From contig JBHGNT010000001.1 of assembly GCA_043228905.1 (NCBI GenBank), positions 20,398,001 to 20,462,000 on the forward strand: DNA of 64,000 nucleotides, read 5' to 3'. Made by a program: the position numbers and the translations under genes. This DNA is from Azolla caroliniana (lineage: Eukaryota > Plantae > Polypodiophyta). The notes beneath the pieces were generated by a model. It did not search any database. It had not been told where the DNA came from and saw nothing but the letters and a program-made list of their open reading frames with translations. How positions within the stretch are numbered: the first letter of the stretch is position 1; every line of letters begins with the position of its first letter. Of the stretch, positions 37,850-48,444 are shown one piece after another.

Positions 37850-40001
37850 ATGCGTTTGACCTTTTAGAAGATCAATAAACAACATCGTCAATTGGGAGTA
37901 ATTACGAAGCGATTTTCGTAAAAACGCGACAAAACCAAGGAATGATCGAACTTCTCGAATAATCCGAAGAGTGAGCCAAAGTTTGATTTTCTGGATGCGA
38001 GAAGGATCAATTTCAACTTCTTGTTCGGTTATGAGATTTCCAAGATAAGTAATTGATTTCTTGAAGAACTTGCATTTTGAGATCTTCGTGTAGAATTGCT
38101 TGCCGTGCAATGTTTGTAAAACAAAGAGGACATGTTTAGCATGTTCTTATAGTGTAGGACTATAAACTAGAATATCATCCAAGAAAATAACGACAAATTT
38201 TCCAAGTTGATCTCGGAAAATGTCATTCGTTTCTTGTTGAAATGTGGCTGGAGCATTGGTCAAACCAAAAGGCATATATCCAAAACCTCATAATGGCCAT
38301 AGCGCGTACGAAATGCCGCATTAGGAACATTGTCCTCACTAATATGAATTTGATGGTAGCCCATACGGAGATCAAGTTTCATAAAAAACTGAGCTCCTTG
38401 GAGACGGTCAATTAGATCGTCAGCCCAGGGCAATGGATATGAATTCTTGATCATCACTTTATTCAAGAGTCGGTAATTAATAGACATACGCCATGTGCCC
38501 TCTTTCTTTTTTACCAATAGAATAGGTGCACCGACGGAGATTTACTATAACGTATATAACCCATTCGTAAATAGTCCTTGAGTTGCGTAGATACCTCATC
38601 CTCTTCGAATCAACTTAAGCGATAAGGAGGTATACTTATTGGTGCAATGCCATGTACAATATCTATACGATGGTCTAGATTATGTTTAGGAGGTAACCCA
38701 TGTGGTAGTTCACTTGGAAAAACATCACGAAAATCATTTAAGATTTCATCGAGTTGTTGTTGTACAAAATATGATAATTGAACCAAGACATTATCAATAT
38801 TGTAAACGTGAATGTCCAGATCAAGTACACAATAAAATAAAGTAGAACAAAACAACTCGGATATTGATGGAGAGGAAAAAATCAAAAGAGATTGTTTTTT
38901 AATACATTGAATAGAATGAGTATAATCGTTCAGTACAAAGGTAATTGAATGATGAACCCAGTCAATAGATAAAGAAGAGTTTTTATTAAAAAACCAAGGA
39001 TAACCCAGTATTAAATTAGTGGTACAAAGACTCATTACATGGAAGTCTACTTCCTCTATATAAGTATCAATAGAAATTCCTAATGAATGAATCGCCCCGT
39101 TGATGTATTGTACTCTTCCATCAGCCAAGTGCACCTTATAGGTGTGATCACTTACGGTGGCTTAGATTCCCCATATCTAAACCAAAGGATCATTCACATA
39201 ATTGTGTGAGCTTCCCGAATCAAATAAAATTTGTACAGGACATCCATTGATATACCCGTTTGCACGTAGTAAATTATTGGGTCCCAATACATAGTGAGGA
39301 AAAGAACATTGACAATTACTTAAATGATGTGTATAGACCTCAAGGACATTAGGAATCTGACCTTTATGGTCTTCAACTTTTGCTTTTTTGTCGGGCTCTT
39401 TCCATTGGAGCTTTTGACATTGTTCTTGGCTATGACCCTTCTTTTCGTAGAATACGCAAAAAGGATGTTGTTTCTTACAATCGTGATCCATGAATTCGTT
39501 GGGTGTCTTGCGTTTCCTAGCAAATTGCGACTGCTTAGTCCAGGGCGCATCGTTGGGTTTGTTATGGTCCTTCGAAGTGCGTTGATAGCGAAGAACTATG
39601 TCAACTGCCTCTTCGAAGGATTTTGGATCCTTATCGTGCAATATCCAGTGATAGTCCGAATTGGGGATGCCATTGACAAAAAAATCTATTAACGAATTGT
39701 CCCCTTGTAGACTCGATTTTTGGATTTGGGTTCTAGCATGGTGGACATAGTCTTCTAGCGAGGAAACCTTCCTGCTAGAGAGGTTCATTAAAGCTTGTGC
39801 TGCCTCGGTTCCAGAGGGAGGTTGTAGAAATTGGCCCTTGAAAACTATGACAAAATCAGTCCAGGTATCGGCCAATTTTCCCAAAGTTCGGAGCCCACGC
39901 CACCAGGAGGCGTCCTTACCCCCTAGTTCTCGGCCGACATACGCAATATTTGTACTATCTGGTGTGGGATAGAGCTCAAAATGAAACTCCGGTTCACACA
40001 C
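37850..40001 (-). pseudogene. Element C gag, protease and RT (5' end truncated, no 5' LTR seen)
   Basis: ORF 39177..40001 (gag plus ILFDSGSSHNYV), 38260..38517 ([11 protein letters not shown]) and 37817..38110. Confidence 0.88.
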
Positions 40002-42771
40002 AAAGAGAAGGGGAAGAAGAAGATGCTAGAATATGACACCGACAACGCTAAGTCGGATCAGAGCGAATCCGACCCCAGACAAAACAGAGACACACCTTCG
40101 GAAGAGAAGTTTGAGTTGGCCAAGATGACCAGGAAATCGGCGAATCAGGAATTGCGCCGATCTGCCCGCCAAAAGCACCCCATGAAAAGGTATGGGTATA
40201 ACGAATATATGGAGCATCATTATGCGTACATGGCAAAGGTGGCAGCCGAGCGTGAGCCGGAAAGCTACGCTGAAACGGTTAAGGATTCGAACTGGCAGAA
40301 GGCCATGGAGGAAGAGATGCATGCGCTCACGGAGAATGAGACTTGGGAGTCGGTGCACGTACCGAAAGGAGTGAAGCCGATTGGTTGCCGGTACGTATAC
40401 AAGGCTAAATACAACACCAATGGCTTTGTCAATATGTACAAGGCCCGGTTAGTGGCCAAAGGCTACGCGCAACAACACGACATAGATTACAATGAGAGGT
40501 TCTTGCCGGTTGCGAAGATGATGACCGTCCTTGTCCTGATTGCAGTGGCAACAACGAAGGGGTGGCATCTATACATCAAATGAATGTAGAGAACATGTTC
40601 CTACAAGTTGATCTTCAGGAGCAGGTGTATATGGTTCAGACCCCCCTTGGATTTCAGTCCGAAGAAAGTACATCAACGTTGTGCCGATTGAAGAAGTTCC
40701 TCTACGAATTCAAGCAAGCCCCGAGTGCCTGGAACAAGAAGATCACGTAGAGACTACATCGGATGGGGTTTGCTCTGTCGAAATCAGACTCTTCACTTTT
40801 CATCCGGCAAGGTCAGAATGAGCCGGTGAGCATATTTCTCTATGTGGATGATCTTGTTATCACTGACAACGATCTGGATGAAATCGGCCGCGTCAAATCC
40901 TAGCTTGCAGCATCATTCGAAATGAAGGATCTTGGTGACCTTCATTACTTCCTCGGGATCGAAGAGATCCGCAACCCTAAAGGCATACTGATCAATCAAC
41001 CGCATTATGTGTTGAGTATACTCTTCAAATTTGGTATTACGGAATGAAAATCTGTCTAGACTCCTCTGGACCGGAATGTGAAGCTTCGCCTTGACTCCGG
41101 AACAACATGCAACCCTAAAAGGTTCCGATAGATCGTCGGAAGCCTTATCTATCTGACCATCATCCGACCAGACCTCAGTTATTTGGTCGGATTGATTAGT
41201 CAATTCATGGCGCATCCAACTGTGGAGCATCATTAGTGCGCGCACCGCATCCTAAGATATGTTAGGGCCACTAAGGACAGGGGGTTGCTATATTGGGCCA
41301 GTGTAGCCGAACAACTTGTCGGCTATACGGATGCCGAATTGGGCCGGAAAGGTTGGCGACCTCAGGTCTACATCCGGATGTGTTTTTTCACTTGGAAGCA
41401 CCGCGATCACCTGGAGTAGCAAAAAGCAGTCGACAGTGGCACTGTCAAGCACCGAGGAGCGGCTGTCGCAATGTGCAAAGCCATATGGCTAAAGAGGATC
41501 CTGAAGGATCAACGAATGGAGGTGTCTGATCCGACGACGATCTATTGCGACAACCTCAGTAGCTTCCTGCTGGCTAAGAACCCCATCTTTCACGCCCAGA
41601 CAAAGCACATTGATGTGGACTATCATTTTGTCCGAGAGCGCGTTCTCTCCGGTGAAGTGGAACTACTTCATGTTCTAGTGGATTTGTAGGTGGATGATAT
41701 CTTCACCAAATCCCTCAGCTTAGACAAGTTGCGGCAATTTTCCAATGCACTGGGCGTGCAATATCTCGATATGCCAAACTTGAGGGGGAGGAATGACTAG
41801 AGGAATTAAAGGAGGAATGAGAAAGAAGACCGAAAAGACGAGTCGAAAACTGATTTCGACTTCGGCCCGACTGAAGAAGTCGGAGTGCACGGGTCAGCTG
41901 AAGAAGACGAGACCGGACACCGGGGGAACCAGCGCAACGAAGAGCCCAAGCTAGAGCCAACTGAAAAAGGGGGCAAATCCAGAAAGACCAAGACACGAAC
42001 ATGGACCAATGTTGTGAAAGTTCTGGGAATCGAAGAAGGATTGGAGACAACCAATACGGACAAGAGATGGAACGAGTCTAAGGCAACTGATTCTAAAGAA
42101 GAGTTCGATTCAGGGGAGCCGAATCGACTAGAGGCCAAGGGACAAGGGAGCAGACAAGCCGACCGATAAGGTCGAGGTGCGCAGAACCGGACGCGTCGCA
42201 GGAAGCAAAACCGAACTAGACGAGGAGCACAAGGTAGGAGGCAGGATGTCAGGAGGAGCCAAAGAGGAGGACTAGCTACCACAGACACTGATACTACGAT
42301 CCAACCTCAATTTGAGCTTGAGGGGGAGTGTTGAGTGGACAAGCTCAACCGGATCTGGATCGGAGTCCGGAACGATGAACTAGATCGGTGTCCAGATGGT
42401 ATCCGGAACCAAGAGCCGGTTTGGAGAATTGGATCGGATTGTAACCGATAGGCCGTTAGAGGCCTATAAATCTAGCCTAGTACGTAGGCATATTTTTAGG
42501 AGTTACTGTCAGTCACTCGTTTGAGCATTGAAGTACATGTCGATACTTATGTCAGTACTTATGTCAATCCCTTTAAGGACTTGTATAAAAGGTGTTATGT
42601 AGGACACTGTATGTACAGAGCGTTATTATTTTGAATTGAGTTTATGCTAGTCTGTTCTCTCGGTCTCTCCCATGAACTCTATATTCTAAGCTTTCATTAA
42701 ACCTGTGTTTATTCTTTGTTGTTATTTGGTGTAACTGGTTTTGTCAAAGCTTCCGCATATTAGCTTTTACA
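40000..42771 (+). mobile_element. Copia J (H-related): 5'-truncated RT-RNase H, extension and 3' LTR (42329-42771)
   Basis: YKARLVAKGY, YVDD, IYCDN motifs. PPT TGAGGGGGAG followed by TGTTGAGTGG...TTTTACA. Confidence 0.85.
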
Positions 42772-43330
42772 GTTTTGGCTATCGAGTGTGGAACTTGATC
42801 AACAAGAAGGTTTTCCGGAGTCGAGACATAGTCGTCATGGAAGATAGGAACATTGCCAATTGGGAGTCAGAGAAGAAGATAGTGGACTCCACGTCTACCA
42901 ACAGAAATTGGTTGGGAGATGCTAGGAAACATCCGGTCGGAAGCCGGATGTCAACCGAAGACCATGATGAACCGGACAGATTCGTACAAAAAACTGAATC
43001 CACCGAAGAAGAGGAATCGGACACCGGAACTGGACAAGACCTCGAATCAGATTCGGATTAAGAATAGATGGAGGAACTGGTGGCCGAAAACCAAGGACAG
43101 AGATACCCTCTAACAGAGAGAAGCCCCCCTGAGAGATTTCCGGATGTAGAGTATGTGTTATTGACTAATGAGGGGAGCCGGAAAGGTTCGAAGAAGCAAA
43201 AAGATACCCACATCCGCAAGTGGTTAAGTGCCATGCAAGATGAGATGGATTTCTTGCATGAGAACCACACATACAAATTGTATGAGCTGCCGAAAGGAAA
43301 AAAATAGCTCCAGAACAAGTGAGTGTACAA
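42772..43330 (+). pseudogene. Copia fragment related to L (integrase C-terminus to RT start)
   Basis: FGYRVWNLINKKVFRSRDI and WLSAMQDEMD match L ORFs 55193..55630 and 54898..55146. Confidence 0.8.
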
Positions 43331-43519
43331 GGGAGTGAGAGAGAGAGATAGAAAGATTTTCTGTTATAACTGCCAACTGGCGAAGGTAGAGCTCTAGGTC
43401 ATTGCCTTTCAGTCTCACATGGTTGTACCTCTCCTCTATAGTGATCCCATTCGAAGTTTCGAGAACTCTCGTGGTTTTTCCTGATTAGGGGTTTCCACGA
43501 TAATACCTGTTTGCAACAT

Positions 43520-44475
43520 GACAAAACCCTAAACCCTTCCGGACTACTAAAGTTCATTGGCTGGAAAGCCCAAATATGTGAAGCTTGTCAACGTGGGAAG
43601 CAACATAGGTTCCCATTCCCCAATGAAAAGAGTTGAACCTAGAATCAGATTGACTCAATCCACACAGATGTATGGGAACTGGCAAGTTGCGTGAGCATGG
43701 GTGGGAGGCGATATTTCGTCTCCTTCATCTATGACTTTAGCCAACACACCTTGGTGTACCTCATTGAGAAGAAGAGAAAAGTCTTCTCCTGTTTCCAGGA
43801 CTTGAAAGTCTAGTCGAAAGGGAAACAGAGAGGAAGATCAAGTGTCTGCGGTTGGATGGCGGAAAAGATCAACTATCCGGCCAGTTCACAAGTTATCTGC
43901 AGGAAAAAGGAATCTAGAGGGAGTTCTCTTGTAGATACATGTTGGAGCAGAACGTTGTGGCCAAGAGATAGAACTAGACACTAGTAGAAGCGGCCAAGGC
44001 GATGCTAGAAGATAAAAGCATGCCCAGAAGTTGGAGGCGATGTTGGGTTGAAGCAATCCGAACAACCGGATATATATAGAATCAAATTTCTGCCTCTAGA
44101 GCAAAGGTGTCGCTGCACAAACTGTACTTCGGGCAGAAGCAAAATTTAGCACACCTTAGGGTATTTGGTAGTATCGCATACGAGCACGTGCCGGATGAGA
44201 GATGGAAGAAGCTGGATGCCACGGTTTTGAATATTGTTGGAAGCCTCATCTTTTTTACTATCGCTCGATTGGACCTAAGCTATCCGGTCGGCATGATTAG
44301 TCAATTCATGTCGCAGCCGACTCTCAAACACCTTCATTGTGTGCATAGGATCATGGGATATGTCAGTAACACTAAGGATAGAACCTTGTTATATCGGACT
44401 TGTGTAGCCGGAGAGCTTGTGGGCTACACGGATGATGACTAGGTCAGAAATGTCGGTGATCACCGATCGACATTC
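43520..44475 (+). pseudogene. Highly degenerate H-family copia integrase fused by deletion to the RT C-terminus
   Basis: LRVFGSIAYEHVPDERWKKLDA joined directly to IVGSLIFFTIARLDLSYPVG in ORF 44107..44442. Confidence 0.7.
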
Positions 44476-44499
44476 TTTGAATAATGATCACTAACTAGC

Positions 44500-45435
44500 A
44501 ACTTTCTTGCTATTTACAAGTATAGCCCCTAGGAGGCAATTTTTGACTATTTACGATTATAGTCTTCCGAAACGATTTTGGGGTTTGGTTTCCGATTTTG
44601 ATTTCGGTTTCGGTTTCGATACTCACCAACACGGTCCTTCTCTTCCCATCCGGGGGGACATGTTTCCCAAAAAACTCCCCCTTCACTCTGGCATGGGGTA
44701 CTTCACCAAACGGACTCTTTGTCGGCACACGTTTAGCTTTTCAGATGACGGCACCTTCGTCAGCATATCCGATCCGTTTTCGGCCATGTGGATCTTCACT
44801 AGAGAAAATTCCTTTTCTTCTACTCGCTCTTGGAGCCAATGATATCTTCTCTGGATGTGTTTGTTCCTCGTGTGCTAGGTGGCATTTTTTGCAAGGTGGA
44901 TGGCACTCTGGTTATCGCAATGGAGTTGGAATTCATCCTGCCGAATTCCTAGATCACCAATAAACTCCATCATCCATATGATTTCCTTGCCGGCTTCCGC
45001 GGCAACCATATATTCAGCTTCCATGTTCGACAACACTACGACCTTCTACAGCCTCGACTGCCACGAAACGGCTCCCCCTACATAAGTCATTACATACCCA
45101 GATGTAGATCGATTGGTATCCACATCAGCCAACATGTCTGAGTCAATATAAGCTTCCAGGAACCGAAATGGAGACACACGTTAGAGGTGCCTTTTATGAA
45201 CTGAAGTATCCACTTCACGATAGCCCAATGTTCTCTTCTGGGGTTGCTCATATATCAGCTAACCACGCCGACTGTGTATCCTATGTCTCACCTGGTACAT
45301 ACCATCGCGTACATCAGGCTTCCAATTACCGAGGCATAAGGAATCTTTGACATCTCGCCCTTCTCGGTTTTTGATTTCCGACATTGTTCCTTGCTTAGCT
45401 TGCACTTCATTGGCAGTGTCGAGCTGACCAGTTTT
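44500..45435 (-). mobile_element. L-related copia 3' fragment (RT end, RNase H, PPT, partial LTR ending ~44672)
   Basis: AACTCCCCCTTCACTC junction as at 53457. 44965-45140 is similar to 53750-53930. Confidence 0.75.
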
Positions 45436-47615
45436 TGAAAACAATATGTGTGCGGAAGCGTATGCGTAAAAACACAGAGTACACAGTTTGGTAGTACGAT
45501 AGTTCAGTGAAACACAGAAATCAGAGAGAAAGAGAGGGAGAGAGAGAGAGAGAGAGAGAGAGATAGGAGAAACTACAAACTATATTCAAAATAATTCTCT
45601 GTATGTTCTTTGTACATATTTCGTGCTCAGTGAGCACCTTTTATACAAGCCTTGACTATCAGGCTGACACAAGTATTGACAGTGCTCGACCGCTCATAAA
45701 TGAGCCTTCTACACTAACTCCCAAAACTATTCCTTACTAGGAATAACGTTCTAACGGCCTTTCGGTTTACATACCGCCACAACCATATTTTGCGTACGGT
45801 TTTATGCACCCAGTCTACGTACTGGGTTACGTACCCGTTTAGGCACCGAATGTTGAGCTTGTCTCTCAGCACTCCCCCTTTCCTCCACTTGGCCCTCAGT
45901 CAATTCGTAAAGTTCGAATCGAACATTTCGATTAAATTGGTCATTTCCGATTTAATTCCTCGTTCGCCTAAATTGGTTGTCTCCTATTCATCTTCTTTTT
46001 TCAGGCCCTTGACAACATCAGACCACGTCTTGGTCTTGGCCTTTATGCCCTGCTTGGCTGTATTTCCCTTTTGTTCGGATTTCTTTGGCCCTTCCTTTCG
46101 ATTACGACCCTTGTTTTCTTCTCCGGCTTCTTCAGGCGGCCCGAAATCGAATTCTTCATCCAATTTGGAATCACGGTCACTACCGCTCCTTTCACGCTCT
46201 TGTTCCTGTTCCTGTCTCCCCCACAAGTGTGGCGTGTCGAGGTGACGAAACCCGAGATCACCTAAGAAATGTCATAACTTGTCGAGACCAAGGGGCGTGG
46301 TGAAGATGTCGGCAACCTCCTGACCCGTCAAAACATACGCAAGTTCGACCTCACCAGAAAGGACACGCTCGCGGACAAAGTGATAGTGCACCTAAATGTG
46401 CTTGGTCCGGGCGTGGAACACAAGGTTCTTCGCAAGGTGGATGCTGTTGAGGTTGTCGCAGTAGATCGTCGTTGGATCGGACACCACTATGTGCAGATCC
46501 CATAATAGCCGTTTTAGCCAAATCACTTCGATCGTAGCGACAGAGTGCCCTCGATATTCGGCCTCTATGCTCAACAGTGCTACTGTCGGCTGCTTCTTGC
46601 TACTCCATTCGATCGCCGCACTTCGCAATGAGAATGCATATCTGGATGTGGATCTATGATCATGGGTGTTTCCGGCCCAATCGGCATTTGTGTAGCCGAC
46701 TAACTGCTTAGCTACATCTGCACGATATAACAACGCCATGTATTTCGTGCTATTGACATATCGTAATATCCTTTGCGCGCACGGAAGATGTTCGGTCGTG
46801 GGCTACGACATATATTGATTAATCATTCCGACTGGATAGCTGAGGTCCGGCCGAGTGATCATCTAGTAGATGAGGCTTCTGACAATCTGTCGAAACCGTG
46901 TTAGGTCGCATGTCTTTCCCGAATCTCGGCGAAACTTTACATTTCTATCCAAAGGGGTCGAGATGGGTTTACAATCTACCATCCCGAACTTGAAGAGCAT
47001 ATTCAGGGTGTAATGACGTTGGCTGATCAATATGCTTTATGGGGAACAAATCCCTTTGATCCGAGGAAGTAATGAAGATCGCCAAGATCCTTCATTTCGA
47101 ACGATGCCACAAGCTCAGACTTTACGCGGCTGATTTCTTCCAGGTCGGCACTGGCGATGACTAAATCATCAACATAAAGTAAAAGAACAACTGGTCCATG
47201 TGGACCTTGCTGAATGAATAACGAAGAATCCGATTTGGATGTCGTAAACCCCATTGTATGCAATCGTTGCGTAATCTTCGCGTTCCATGCTTGCGAGGCT
47301 TGCTTAAGGCCGTATAATTTCTTCTTCAATCGGCTGACTGCCGAAGTGGTCTGTTCGGACAGAAATCCAGGGGGTTGTACCATGTACACCTGTTCCTGAA
47401 GATCACCTTTCAGGAACACATTCTTTACATCCATCTGATGTAGATGCCACCCCTTCGCCGCAGCTACCGCTAGCAGAACTCACACGGTAGTCATCTTCAC
47501 GACTGGTGCGAAGGTCTCATCGTTGTCTACGCCGTGCTTATATCGGTTGACGGAGCCTTCGATGTTGTATTTCACCTTATACACCCATCTACATCCGATT
47601 GGCTTTACACCTTTT
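45436..47615 (-). mobile_element. Copia M (H-related): 3' part with LTR 45436-45871
   Basis: ORFs 47027..47434 (RT, LYVDDL), 46392..46739 (RNase H) and 45984..46226 (extension). PPT at 45872-45880. Confidence 0.85.
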
Positions 47616-47984
47616 TGTTAGGATTTTGGTCCCTCCGAATGGGATATGAGTACCCGACAACGGAAGGCCCGGTGAGAACCGGATGATGAGTACCCGGCAA
47701 GGAAGACCCTATGAGAACCGGATGACAAAGGCCCGGTGAGAACCTCTCACCAAATGAAGGGATATATATGTAAATATGTTTCTGTTAGCCCATTGTGGCT
47801 ATATTTGTAAATAGCCCGAAAGTCATATTAGTATAAATATGACCTAGGGCAAACAGAGTTATTGTTGTTGCAGATCATTGTGAAGAGTGTTGTTGCATAG
47901 TGGTGTAACTACTGTACAGAGCGTAACAGAGAGAGAGAGAGAGAGAGAGAGAGACCTAGAACAGTCTCTGTTGTAACCGCCTGT
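47616..47984 (+). repeat. Partial LTR of the L family, interrupted by N
   Basis: TGTTAGGA..GGTCCCTCC start, similar to the reverse complement of 53100-53456. Confidence 0.8.
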
Positions 47985-48149
47985 TGTCAAGATTGAGAGA
48001 GAGAAAGAGAGAGAAAGAGAGATAAAGAGATAATTGAAAGAGAATTACTATATTGAAGAGTAAAATGGATTACAAAGAGTAGGCTACAAAATGGCGTTGA
48101 ACCAATTTAGGTTTGGGATGGGTGGTAGATCCCTATTTATATGTAATAG

Positions 48150-48292
48150 AGAACACTTTAGAATATTCTAGGTTATCCTAGAATGTAGAGTAATCTAGAA
48201 TATCTCTAAAGTATTCTAGAAGGTTCTAGTGGTATAGAACACTCTAGAATATTCTAGGTCATTCTAGAATGTAGAGTAATATAGAATATTCC
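48150..48292. promoter_or_regulatory. Cluster of heat-shock-element-like nGAAn inverted repeats upstream of the N TATA box
   Basis: AGAATATTCT 48160-48169, TTCTAGAAGGTTC 48214-48226, and further GAATATTC/TTCTAGAA copies. TATAAATA on minus at ~48134-48141. Confidence 0.65.
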
Positions 48293-48338
48293 TATGATAT
48301 TAGATTTCATATTCTAAAAACTATATATATAATAATAT

Positions 48339-48394
48339 TAATACAATGGTTAAGGATTTGACATGTGTACAAGGTCGTGGGTTCAAATCCTTTT
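48339..48394 (+). promoter_or_regulatory. tRNA-like A/B-box cassette in the N LTR
   Basis: TAATACAATGGTTAAG (from 48339) and GGTCGTGGGTTCAAATCC (B-box 48380-48390), followed by TTTT. Confidence 0.6.
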
Positions 48395-48444
48395 GAGTCA
48401 TAATGTGAGTGTCATGATCCTTTCGATGCATGATGTGAGTGTTA

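Noticed and set aside
45530-45565. (GA)n microsatellites (also ~47930 and ~25532)
   Set aside because: Normal components of these LTRs.
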